A stretch of 55,947 nucleotides of DNA from Chara braunii. Lineage: Eukaryota; Plantae; Charophyceae. A program made the position numbers and the translations under genes. The stretch covers positions 2,070,314 through 2,126,260 of the forward strand of contig BFEA01000014.1 of assembly GCA_003427395.1 (NCBI GenBank). The letters run 5' to 3'. Shown here one piece after another: positions 35,101 to 47,659 of this stretch. Below the pieces are notes generated by a model. It was given only the letters and a program-made list of their open reading frames with translations, had not been told where the DNA came from and ran no database searches. Position 1 is the stretch's first letter, and each line of letters starts with the position of its first letter.

Positions 35101-37429
35101 TTGTAATGGTGGTGTGGATGTGTTGTCCGGGTTTTTACGGCGCCAACGACAATTTTGAGAAGTGTCGTCAAGAGGGGGTGTGCTTTGAGGTGGTGTTGAC
35201 GTTGTGCTGTCCGCATATTGCGGCAGCGACACCTCGACACAGTGGTGGCATAGTGGTACGGGTAGCCAGTGGTGACAGCGCTGAGGCACCGAGGGGATTG
35301 CGTGTTAGTGGGCGATCCTTGAGGGAGTGGTGTGGATCACTTTTCTGACAATCTACTGCGGCGATCTTCTCATTTGGAGTGTGGTTTATACGACTTTCTT
35401 GAGTGGGCCGTCTACTATCTTTGGTTCAGCTTCGCTCAAGGTCAGTTAGCCTGACTCGGTCCTCTTCACACTTGTGTGAACGCACACTTGCTTGACCCTG
35501 TTCTTTGAGCGTTCATTGAAAAGGTAGAGGAGATGTGTGCATGCGCGTGTGAATGAGAGCCTGACTTGAGGATGGGTTTGCATTGTGTTGGTTTTGAATT
35601 TGTTTGTCTAATCTGATGCGCAGGTATAACGACAAATGCCTGAAAAAGAAAAAGAAAAAAAAAGAGGGAGAGATCCGATCATGGCGCGGAAGCGAAGGGA
35701 TGATGATGGTTTTTTTTGTCACTCACTTATGTGTGTGCTGAAGGGATGGGAAGACAGTAGACGACGAGAAACGGAGCGATCACACAATGGGGAAGAAGTG
35801 AATCGGACATAGATTTTTCCCGAGGTTACCCATTCTTTCCCGAATGACCCCCTTTGTCTATGCCCTTCCATCTGAATGTTTTTCTTCTCTGTGATCTCCT
35901 TCTTCGTCTAGGTTCGCCCTTGACGTCAGGCCATAAAGGGCTGACCATCTGCTGTAGTAAGTGCATTTCCTTTCCCTAGGGGGCATCTGAGGCGGGGGTT
36001 CGTTGCCTTAGGGGCCGACCCTGTTAACGACTCGGAGTGGACCGCTTAGGCGGGGGGATACTATGTTGTCGTGGTGGAGCCAGCCCGACTTCTGAGATCC
36101 GAGGTTCGCTCGGGCGAGGACGAGGGGTATCCCAGACCACCTCCTAGGGGATGAACGTGTGCTATTCACGGAAGGCGTTAAGTTCTTGGCGGCTCACGTT
36201 AAGAAGGACCACTATAGTTTACCCTTCTAGTGGCCGTTTTAGGAGCCACGGACGAATGGAGAACTGGTGCCATAAGAAGCCCAGTTCGTGCTCTCACTAG
36301 CTATGGACGGAGTGCGTGTTGGCACTACCCTCGTGGATAGGGTTGCACCATAAGAAGTGCAAGCCTGGGGTAATCAGGCTAGTTGACAAAAGAATGTAAC
36401 TAAAGCATTGCCTTGAATATCTTTATATCGCGGACTGGTATTTCATCATTCGTGAAACAGAAAAAGTAATCATTGCTCAGGAGGACAAAACGACCAACAA
36501 AATTTGAAAATGGATCCTTGACCTTAATGAGGCATTCAACGTTCGGTCGTTCAAGTCGAGTACTGACTCGTATAGTGGTAGCCGGACTACTTGCAAATGA
36601 CATTCACACCAAAGTTAGAAAGGTAGTGACGTCATCGCTAGAACAGTGTGATCCTAACTCTACTTGAGGGTTGGGATGTCCGCATTTCTTTGCTTGCAGT
36701 CAGCATGCGGTGGAATGAAAGAACTTGGCAACGCATCTCATCAAGTCGAAAAAGTCGTGGCAGTCCAACCGTCTGGCAAGTAGAATGTAGGTACGTTAGT
36801 CGGATGCCTTTTGAGCGTCGCATCCTGTATAAGTCACGCTTTTGTCCGTTTGTTGACGAGTGGTATGCATGATTGTATTACATATAAGTTGATCTCAGAA
36901 TACATGTCAGCTTACGTTGACCCGAGTCTTCCTTTAGTGTTTAACTTTTGATTGCCTTTGGAAAAATAGACTAGGATTGATTGAGGTTTTCTTACGCTTG
37001 GAATATCACGTCCTAGTCGACCGACGTCGGTCCGATTTCTGGGAGATCAGCGCCCCAGGGACGGGCGACATTCGGGTCCACTTTGGCGTTTAACTATGCG
37101 TACCTGTGCTACAGCGAACGAGCAAACGCCCTCGGTCGGCCCACCTCTGCAATTGCATTATAAAAGCCTTTGCATGTGGGTTGGTAGCTCGACGGGGATA
37201 CGCCCCTAAGGGTAGTGACAGCCCCTTAGGGAAGGTAAGTTGTGCCCCGCGAGAACCTATCCTGTCGTAGGGGATCGTGGGATGTACAGCTGGCGCACTC
37301 GGCCGGAGCGGCGAAGGGTCGACGTGGGTTACCGTGTCGTCCCCGAGTTGTCTCTTAAAGGTTGAAAGCCTAAGTTTCTCCTGCGTGACGCGACCGGGAG
37401 GGCCCTCGCTCGCGTGAGGGCCGATGCGC

Positions 37430-37788
37430 TCGACAACGTAGCCCCAACCCTCCAATAAATGTGCATCTGCCTTTGTACACCCATACATGATCCACTTATC
37501 GTCCCAAATCCACTCCTTACCCACCACTACCTCCTAGTGGGAGATCCACCACCGCCAGACCTCGTCTAATAAAGGACAGTACACCCATATATGCGTCGTG
37601 GATTCCCATCCCCATTCACATCCCCTGCATTTTGTATCCAAGGGCATGCCTTTAGATTCCAACCATACAGCGGATGGCGTCACCTGGAGGGCTTGTAGCC
37701 ACAGTAGGCCTGCATGTCTTTGTGATGGCATTTTCTTCAATGCCTTCCACAACTTGGAGAAGTTTGGGGGTGGCGTGTTCAGACCTGT
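37430..37788 (-). mobile_element. LINE ORF2 C-terminal (zf-RVT-like) fragment
   Basis: FSKLWKAL...HAGLLWL...CRGC...ESTTHIWVYCP; similar to the C-terminus of the 18941-23127 ORF2; internal stop. Confidence 0.8.
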
Positions 37789-39911
37789 CTTTTTTTTTTT
37801 TTTTTTTTTTTTTTTTGAAAAGATAAGGCTCAGTGCCGAAGGCTCCAATTATGAAATTGATTACAACACTTATACACACGCCTCTCCCCATTAGGGCTGG
37901 AAGAGCCTTAGCCACTGCTCCCCTGGAGACAGCTTCCCTGCCTAACACGATACAACATTGTTTACACGATATTGATTGCTTCCCCAGTAAGAAAGGATTA
38001 ACCCCGTTTGTGTGCAGTATCAATTTATGCCCTACGAAACTCCTCAATTATCCCTACTTCTAGCTTCTATACGGTGAGGAGTAGGGGAGATATGAATAAG
38101 GCAAAAGAATGGATAACAGGGCGAGAAGGTATAATAGTTCATTTGTAATTACATCAAGCTTCCCCTAAACAGCAGTAGTTAACACAGACACAAACCCAAG
38201 GGGAGCGCTGTGGTTGGAAAAAAATTATAATCTAAACATAAAGACCATCAAACCAAGTCAAACCCTAGCCAATGACCACCAAGGATTGAATATGGCCCCA
38301 TTAGATGGGGATGGACTGAGATCAAGTGCCATGAGAGAGGAAGAATTCACCAAACTGGCAAGAACCACACGTATGAAAAAGAGGGGAGGAGGGAGGGAAA
38401 GAGAACAAACCAAGAAGTCATCCCTGCCTCCCAAACCCCCTCTCCGCAGCCTCTCATCTTCCTCCTGAATCCCACGAAAAAAACTCGTCATCCTTCCACC
38501 CCTCACCGCATCGCCATATCTCATGCACGACAAAATATTAATGCGAGAGGGCGGGAAGAAACCGAATAGCCCTCACCATAGTGGCTGGCCCATCGACAGA
38601 TCTTGGTTGGACGCCGATTGTATAGAACGATGTGGGCAAGCCAATCGTGGTTGAAGATTGTATTTCAGATGTCGTCGTCAGGATCGATGTTGTTGTCATT
38701 GGAAAAATACTTGGTGTAGATGATATCGTGGTTGGCGCTGATGATGTAGATAGTGTATCACATGTCTTGGATGTCATCATCAGAATCGTTGTTATTGTCG
38801 TTGGAAAGATTGTTGGTGTACATGATGTCGTCGCGGTTGGCGCTGTTGATGTAGATAGTGTTTCAAATGTCATCGTTAGAATTGAAGTTGTTGTTGTTTG
38901 AAGAATTGTCGGTGTTGATGATGCCATCATGGTTGGCACTGTTGATGTAGATATAATTGACGAGCCTATTTCAGATGTCGTCGTAATTAACGTTGTTGTT
39001 GTCATGTAGATGCTCATTGGTGTTGATTCTGTCGAAGATAACATCATCGTTGTTAACATACCTGTAGAATTTATCTTAATTGTTGGAGTTGTTGTGTGGA
39101 TTGTCGACGTAGAATAGGATGTCATTGTCGTGCCCATTGTTGATGTTGTTGGAGTCGTCTTCACGTTCACTTCTGAAAGTTGCCGCAGACGACTTGTGGT
39201 TGCGCTCACAAACACCACCCTAGATGTGCATATTTCCCCCTTATCACACAAATCGCTCCCTTCCTAGTAAATCACATAGCAATCGCCCATCAAGGAGTCC
39301 GCGAGCTACCAGTCAAGGAGATCATCCAACTGTGGATCAGACCCTTTTTCAAGCTCCCAAAGGACATCCATCATCTTCTGTCGTTTATCCTCCAGCCATG
39401 CGGTCCTTGAAGTCTCCCCCTTTATAACTTCAAATCAATCACGAACTGTTGAGGACACACGAGTCCCTCAGCCAACGCTTCCACTCCTTCACCTTGTAAA
39501 TCCAATTTGTCGCTGCTTGTTGTAGATTTGTTGTCAAAGTCATTTCCATCCCTCTGCTGTACCTTTCATTCGATTGAGCGTCATTCGCAAAGACGCCATC
39601 GGCACACTGACTACAAGAATTACTCATCCTGCCCTTATCGATGTTCATTCCGCCCTCGTCAAACCTCCTCCCAACACGAAGTTTGACCTAAACTCTTTCA
39701 CAACGATGACGTCAACACCGTCAATCCCCCTCGTGGTCACCGAGATGTTGGGTGACAAGACCGCCGGGCCCGCCGGCCGGTTCGCTCCCCGCGCGCTCGC
39801 GGCGTCTCGCTCCTCAATCCACACCAGATGGAAATGCTCGAGGATGTGCTCCTATGAGAGTTTGTGCTCCTCAACCCACACCAAATCGAAATGCTCGAGG
39901 ATCCTCACAGT

Positions 39912-42830
39912 CTACCCGAAATGAAAGATCAGAACTTGCTAAGAACAAGACTTTGATGTATCGCTCCATCGCTAGCTTATTAGGCCGCTTCTTCACTTTT
40001 TGTGTCTGGATCGCCACACCCACCTTTGATTTATAAAAGGCGAGTGGGAAGTCTCTTGAACCCTTGACGCTTTTCCACCCGTGTATCAGTGGTTCTACCT
40101 AGAGGCTATCCACCTGCCCAATGAAGGCTTCATATGCAGGGGAGCTATCGGTCCCTCAGTTTCATACACTTGCCTCTTTTAACCCCATTGTTGTGTTGAC
40201 AATTTCTTCTCCCGCTGGGAGCAAAGGCTTAGCTCCTTCTGCTGATAACTAATCGTCCAGGTGTCTAGCCTCATTCCACCACTTAGTCCGGGGCCTAACA
40301 CTTTTTCAATCTTGTCTTTGTGTTCGGTGGTGTATAGCTATGTCCCACTGTTTTGTTCTCTGTAGTCATTCAGCAGGGTAGTCCAGCGTCTTGGGATTGC
40401 TGCTAGTAAAGCTTCGTAGTTCTTCTCCACATTGTGGAGTCTCTGTAATCTGAGTTTTAATTTTGTTGGCGAGATCCAATGAGCTATAACTTCGTCCCAG
40501 ATGTCTTTAACTTGAATAATGCCATTTTCCATTCACTATCTGCAAAAACTTCCTTTTCCCGTAATGGCTGCAAGCTGAGAGCCGTCAGGCTGAACCACGA
40601 GCCTATTCTCAAATAGGAACTGATTGAGAGTTTCCCTGAGTGAATGGTTCCCTAAGCAGTTCAGGCAGTACCTGTCTCCAGGCCGGAAAAATGGCCGACT
40701 AGATCCTGAATTTTATCCTTCTTTGCACAAAGGAAAAGACTAAAACACACCGCCAGACATCTTTTGGGTTCAATAGAGCCAATTCCTTACCCAGTATGTA
40801 CTCTGACAGTCTTAACCATGTCTTGCCCCTTCTGTCAAATAGAGCGTGAACAATCCACAGTAGGCCTATATTCTGCTGGTGGGGGTCTAGTATTCCTAGG
40901 CCTCCCTCTGACCTATCGAGAGCAATGGCCTCCTTGACTACTTTAGACATAAACCCTTGAATTTATGAAGCTTTTGGTTTCCATAAATACCGTGCCGCGC
41001 ATGTTCCGTCACTCAGATAGTGAACAGAAAGAGGAAATCATAGCAGAGAGAACGCCAAAGAAGTTAGGACAACGACCCTACCAAATAGAGATGGCTTATT
41101 GAATCCAGTTGGTGACCCTTGACGTGACTTTATTCACCAGCAGAGCACATTGCGAGTCCGCACACTTTGATAGAGATACTTGAATGCCCAAGAACAGTTC
41201 CGAGTTTTCAGATGGGACCCGCTTCAAGCCCCAATCCACGCAGATCTCAAACAGGGGGTGCAAGAAAAAAACAAACTTGTCCCAATTGATTGAAGTTTCG
41301 GACAATTCACAATAAGAATCTAGAACTAGCTTTAACTTTGTTTGTGATCCTATATCATTTTCACAAGCCACTTTCAGATCGTCTGCAATTGCTCCCCCCT
41401 TCCAATGTAGAGCGGGGAAGAGTTGTAGGCCCCTTATCTTTGGGTTTCATCCGATATTATCCAATAGGATCTCCAATTGCAGTAGAAAGAGAAGCGGGGC
41501 TAAAGGGCATCCTTGGCGCAGGAACTGAAGAAGCTTGCGAGTACATGGCTTTGACGGTTTGCTTGAAGACCGAGCCAAAGCCCATTTTTGACAAGGTGGT
41601 TGCTACAAAAGCCCAACCCACCTTGTCGTAGGCCTTTTCCATATCTAATAGTACTACTGGCATGTCTCGCTTCTCCCCCCCAATAATTTCTAGGGCTTTG
41701 ACCGTGGACATTATGTTATCAAAAATCGTTCGCCCCTTAACAAAGGCTACTTGTTCCCAACCAATCAGACTTGGGAGAATTTCGGCCAGTCTGAGGGCAA
41801 GTGTCTTTGTTAGGATTTTGTACACAACGTTTAAAATTGAGATAGGGCAGTAGTTTTTGACTTTTGTCTTATCTCCTTTCTTACAAAGGAGTGAAATAAC
41901 CCCTTTGGCAAATCGGTTTGGGATTGTTCCTGTTTCCACAATACGTTTATACACTTGGCAAAGGAATGAAGAAACTCCCCCCCCAACAACTTTGGAATAG
42001 TTCGACCGGGAACCCGTCAAGACGCTGACATTTTCCTTTGGCCATTTGAGTAATTGCCGCTTTCAATTCTTCTACCGTGAAGGGACGGTCTAGATTCGCA
42101 CTAGTGGCTTGTGAAATAGACACTCTTGAACGACTCAAAAAATCTGAAATTTTTGTGAGGTCCGTATCAAATGAGTCAAATGGTCTTCTAGTTGAAATTA
42201 TATCCCTAAAATAATCTAGTGCATACTTACACATCCTCTCCGTTTCTGTTGCCTTGGGGGCAACAAGTGCAAACGGGTGTGAGAGAGCGATAATTAATGG
42301 TTTGGATTGACGGTGGATTAAAGACCGAAACGTCGGTCTGGTCATTCTGTCGTACCCAAATGACCCTTAAATTTTCAGCCATTCTAGCCATTCTGATTGT
42401 TTTTGTTGTTCCAACATCTCCAATTGGACTAGGTAACACTCCCGCTTTTCCGACCAAAAATAGTTGAAGAACGGGTCTACACCCATTTTAGACTCGACTT
42501 CTTCTATGTCATGTTTTAGTTTATGCTCACTCCATGCCCGATTAGCCGCTTTCTTCTATCGCCTGTTTCACCTGTTGGTTTAAACTCTGTCGTACCAACA
42601 GGCAAGCTTCTGAAACCGCATATTCATGGATGTACCAGGCTGCCACGCCAAGACAAATTTGTCCACTCTGAACCTTAGCGCAGATGCAGCACATGCCATG
42701 CCGAGTCTGAGAAATTTGGGCGGGAAATGTACGCGTGGTTCAACTTCCCGCGAGGGCGCTTGCGTGTTCGCAGCCCGTACGGTTGCTTTTATAGACCTGA
42801 GTGCTTTGAACATTCAATTCAAGGTCAACA
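39912..42830 (-). mobile_element. Decayed L1/Tx1-like LINE (RT and C-terminal region)
   Basis: KKGDK...NYCPISILN, LDMEKAYD, frameshifted QGCPL, ADDL, GGLGILD; many stops; boundaries approximate. Confidence 0.9.
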
Positions 42831-42833
42831 TTG

Positions 42834-43821
42834 TGAAACGGTATTCACCTGTTCACGGTAGCGAATGCAGATCCCAGGGCTCGATCCCTAGTTCCTACCC
42901 TACCTGTGTACAATACCTGTGTCGACCCCGAGAGTTGAACCCGTGACCTGAATATTCGCAACAGTAGATAGGTTGTCGTAGGTCCGTAGGTTGTAAGGGT
43001 TAGATCTGTAGACCTGTCGGGTAGAAGTCTTAGCAAGTTTTCGTAGCTGTGGAGTTTCTGAAAGCCCAAGGTCGTAGCTGCTACAGTCCTGAAAGGTCAA
43101 GGTCGTAGCTGCTACAGTGTCGAAGGGCCAAGTCCATAGACTTCCGGAAGGTCCGGAAGTGGCCCTTCAAAGTTTCCTCACGTTTAGACAGAGGCAAGCG
43201 GGCAAGTGGTGAGCCCAACTGCGGTACGTTGGCAGTGCGACTGCATCGAGTTGGTAGTGCCAACCCATGCAGTCAGCGGTACCGGTCCCAGTCAGTCACA
43301 GTCCAGTCAAGCAAGTACCGTGTGGGACTGTGTGCACCAGCAGCATGGGAAAAGGGGCAGACCCACGAGCGGAAGTATAAATCAAGAGGCAGCGCCCAAC
43401 CATTGATTCTTGCGTAAGTCATGCGATAGCGCTGCTTGAGCGACTTGTGCGAGGTGGTCTGCAGAGCGCCCGAAGCCGAAGTGGGCAAATTTGAGATTGA
43501 GTGGCCATAGCCAGCAGGGCTGAGCCATAGTCGCCGTAGGTGGTAGACGAGTGTAGGGTGTGAGTGTGTGTGAGAGAGTGTGTTGCGTGTGGGATATCCA
43601 GGGTGATCCCGAGTTGAGTGTGTGCGAACAACAGAGTTGAGCTAGTGACGAACAGAGAGTTGTACAGGCGCTGATGCGCCATAGCCATCTGAAGCGAGCT
43701 TGTATCTGAATTGTGTTCTTGATTACCATATCTCCGAGCTTTGAGCGGACGCTTGTCGCTAGTTTGGTGTGCTACCTGTTTACATGCATGCGAAGTGGAA
43801 AGGAAAGTGAGTCTGATTGCA
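42834..43821 (+). repeat. 5' LTR
   Basis: TGAAACGGTATTCA...CTGATTGCA; direct repeat of 51625-52626. Confidence 0.93.
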
Positions 43822-43822
43822 T

Positions 43823-43834
43823 TGGTATCGGAGC
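43823..43834 (+). other. Primer-binding site (tRNA-iMet type)
   Basis: TGGTATCGGAGC one base after the LTR; canonical is TGGTATCAGAGC. Confidence 0.85.
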
Positions 43835-43933
43835 TGGTACCCGCGATTCCACGCTCCATCGTTGTGAAGAGGAAGTCCGCCATAGCTGACCAGCAGAAGA
43901 AGAAGGATGCCGTGCGCACCTGCGAAGAAGATA

Positions 43934-44001
<68 letters not shown>

Positions 44002-44381
44002 NNNNNNNNNNNNNNNNNNNNNNNNNNNNNNNNNNNNNNNNNNNNNNNNNNNNNNNNNNNNNNNNNNNNNNNNNNNNNNNNNNNNNNNNNNNNNNNNNNN
44101 NNNNNNNNNNNNNNNNNNNNNNNNNNNNNNNNNNNNNNNNNNNNNNNNNNNNNNNNNNNNNNNNNNNNNNNNNNNNNNNNNNNNNNNNNNNNNNNNNNNN
44201 NNNNNNNNNNNNNNNNNNNNNNNNNNNNNNNNNNNNNNNNNNNNNNNNNNNNNNNNNNNNNNNNNNNNNNNNNNNNNNNNNNNNNNNNNNNNNNNNNNNN
44301 NNNNNNNNNNNNNNNNNNNNNNNNNNNNNNNNNNNNNNNNNNNNNNNNNNNNNNNNNNNNNNNNNNNNNNNNNNNNNNNNN

Positions 44382-44438
<57 letters not shown>

Positions 44439-44736
44439 GGAGCGATACAAGTTTGGTTGTGCAGTTCCACGAAGGAGAAGGTGGCAGCCATAGTTGCCGA
44501 GCTCGGACATGGAGTGACGAAGGAGGAGCAGTAGTAGAGAAGGAGGGAGAGACTGAGAGAAGTAAGGAAACCATAGCCGAGGAAGGTGAAGGGAGAGACG
44601 AAAAAAAATAAAAGGAGAAAGAAGATAACCGGGGTGAAAGAGAAGAAAGAGGCAAGGAAGGAGAAAGGAAGGAGGGAGAAGAGACAACGGAGGTTGGTGA
44701 GGAGGAAGAAGACGACAGCCATAGCCGGGTGAAGCG

Positions 44737-44857
44737 TTGACCGGAGTTGACCGGGAGTTGACCGGGGGTTGACCGGGGGTTGACCGCAACGTTGACCAAG
44801 GTGCGGACCAGCGTTGACCAAGCGTTGACCGGAACTGTTGACCGTCAGTTTGACCAA
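44737..44857. repeat. GTTGACC-core 9-11 bp tandem repeat in the Gypsy 5' internal region
   Basis: About 10 TTGACC units. Confidence 0.85.
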
Positions 44858-45450
44858 GCTAGAGTTGGTATACTCTCGCCAAGCCCTCAGCCTATCCCCT
44901 CGCCCTATGGATGTGCACATATCCTGTGGTACTTGCTGAGTCTGCCTGTCTCTTCTTTCTGCATCGAGTGTCTTCTGTCCAGGTGTAGGAACTCTGTGTA
45001 TGAAGGATAGGGCCTTGTTGACCAAACCCACACGGGCTGAGTAGGGCTAAAGAATGTGTCTGACGACTCGACTGTCCTGGAGGACACAGACCCTCCCAAG
45101 GACCGGTACTGACCGACAGGCTGCTCGGTGTGGCACGGTAGGCCCAAAATCCGAGTTGTGGGCTGCACAACATGCCGTCTAAGTCTTGAGAGGACTTGCT
45201 GATCGCGTCGTCCTGTCTGCGACGTTTAATAATTCCTGAGGAGTTACGTGGGATCTCCTTAAATGCCTCCTGATCAGCAGTGAGTCCTGTAGTGACGGCC
45301 ATAGTTTAGGTCTAGGCTAGTGACCCTAGTTGACAAGATCCTATCCGGATTCTGTGGTCCATATATTGAGTCAGTTAGGTTGTGTGAGTCAGGGGGTAGA
45401 AGTCTAAGTGGTGAGGAGTGGAACTACTGTCTAGTTGTGCGCCTGACACC

Positions 45451-47400
45451 ATGGTTGACCTCTGTAGTGGGAAAAGTACTACCCCTTACACCCAGGCTCA
45501 AGAGGAGCAAACCACCGCCATCTTGAAAGAGAGAAAAGAGAAGAGGGAGAAGAAGGAGCTCCTTAAGCATGCGAAGTTAAAGATAATAGCAGAGGAGCAG
45601 GTGGCGAAGAAGAAAAAGTTGGAGGAGGCGATGAGGAGAGTACAACAGGAGGAGGAAGAGAAGATTAGGGCTGCAGTAGAAGAGGAAGAAGAGGAGGAGC
45701 AGCCAGAAGAAGAAGAGCAGGCCTTCGAAAGGAGGCGTACGGAAGGAAGAGGAGAAAGCAGTGGCACGAAGGGGGATGACCTGTGGGTGGAGAAGAAGAT
45801 CTCAGAGTGGGTGGCTAATTTATCCTTGGGAAAAGATGAGGAGGCGATTTTGTATGTGCCGCAGGAGGAGAAGGAAGCAGCAACAAGGGAGATCGAAGCG
45901 GCGAGTGATCCCGTAGAATGCCAGACCGTAAAAAATAAGAAGAAGTTAAAATGGAAGTTGCGTCTGGCGAGAGAGAAGAAGAGGAGAATGGAGGAGGTTA
46001 ACCAGGTGGCCAGGGAAGTGGAGAGTTTGCAATCGTGTAGACAAGAAGTAGCAGCCCAGCCTGATATACAGGCTAAGTTAGACAAGATCCTTGGGAGCAT
46101 TGAGCTCCTAGGTCGTGCCTGGATTGAACAACATCCGTCTGTTAGGGGCCAAGACAAGGCCCTCCATTCCATCCGGACCGGGTTTCGAGAGTTTGCGCGC
46201 GACGTGGTGACCCACGTCGGGACCGAAGTTAAGAGGCTGAAGGAAGGCGCAGACAAATTCTGTGCAGGCACCATTGAGGGCGCCGAAGTAGTGGCCACGA
46301 AAGAGGTCACAGCGCGTCCCCGCAAAGAGTCTGTCAAGCTCACGTTTCCTGATTCTTATAGCGGGAAAAAGGTCGACAACTTTGATAACTGGGAGGCCAG
46401 TGTTAACACATATGTGTATTTGCAACATATAGCGCCAGAGAAACAAGTCCTCGTGGTTTTCCATGCGCTGAAGGATGAAGCGGCCAGCTTTGCCAGGTCC
46501 CTTTCGCGCGCAACCGATTGTGAGCACAATATGGTGGCGTACTCTAGGCTCACATCTCTTCTTACGTTCCACAAACTTTTGAGAGAGAGGTTGACGTCAC
46601 AAAAGGCGTCAGGGTCTCTGATAAGCTGCAAATCATCCACTCTAGGCAGTGGAAGAATGCGAGGGCACTCAAGGCCGTGATGGACGATCTGGTAGCCATC
46701 CCAGATCACGAGGTCACTAAGACCCAGTTATTTAACTTGTTTTATCGTGCCATGCCAGAGCCCCTGCGAGGACACTTCTTTGACAAGACCCAACAAACCA
46801 ATATTACGTACGATGCGTTGAGTAGAAAAGTGGTCTTGTTCGAGGCAAAGTCCATGCCAGTTTCCACTTTCTGGCATAAGGACTTGGACAAGGGAAAGAA
46901 GTGGAAGGGACGTACCATCTCAGGACAGGTTAGTGACAAGGATCATTTGATCCTTACGTTAGATGAGGGCGGTACGGACGAAGTCCCCTATAGTCAGATT
47001 GAGTGGGGGCTAGAAGAGGAGGACAATAGTGTAGGTCAGGGAAGGACGTACGCTGCTGTCGCTGCTGGAGGGAGGCCGCAAGGTAGAGGAGGAGGCCAGG
47101 GCCAAGGGGGCCGGGCCATGGGTGGTCAAGGTCCAGGCGCATAGGGGGTTGGCGGTCAAAGGAACCGTCAAGAGCGAGGTAGGGTTCAAGGTCCTCGCCG
47201 AATCGCTCAGGGCCCAGTCGATCGCCTCAGCGTAGAGGTGGAAGATCACCTCAACGGACAGGAGGATGGCACCCTGGTTGGCCACAGAGCCGACCTTGGG
47301 AAGATTTGGGCTTAGACCAGCATGTGTGGCAACAGCGAATGGAGCAGGGGCAATGCATTTACTGCGGTGGCCCTGCCCATATTATCAAATATTGTCCTAA
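45451..47400 (+). pseudogene. gag: Gypsy gag with E/K-rich N-terminus, capsid-like region and zinc knuckle; frameshifted
   Basis: KLTFPDSYSGK...FDNWEASV; CIYCGGPAHIIKYC at ~47354-47395. Confidence 0.85.
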
Positions 47401-47659
47401 GTGTAAGGAAGCCCGTTTCGCTGCCCAAGGGTCAAAAGGCAGCCGCCGGTAGGGGTTGCAACTGCCCCTACCACTAGGTCATATGGGGAAATGTGCACGC
47501 ACCACCAGGAAACTCCCACACCACATGAGCCTTTGGCAGAGGTTGCAGGCCAGTGCCTAGTTAGCTGTCTAGAGACTGTCTGTGTTAGAGTCTCTCTAGG
47601 CACTTCCCTCACAGGTCTGGCAGAAGAGTTGAAGGAGAGGATGCCGCCTGGACCAAAAT

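Noticed and set aside
38538-39251. Mucin-like Thr-rich protein gene
   Set aside because: Low-complexity repeat frame with a non-ATG start and no signal peptide; probably an off-frame reading.
39898-39920. Fifth pseudoknot copy (minus strand CGGGTAGACTGTGAGGA)
   Set aside because: Only the 3' strand matches, upstream partners are missing, and it coincides with a LINE coding junction.
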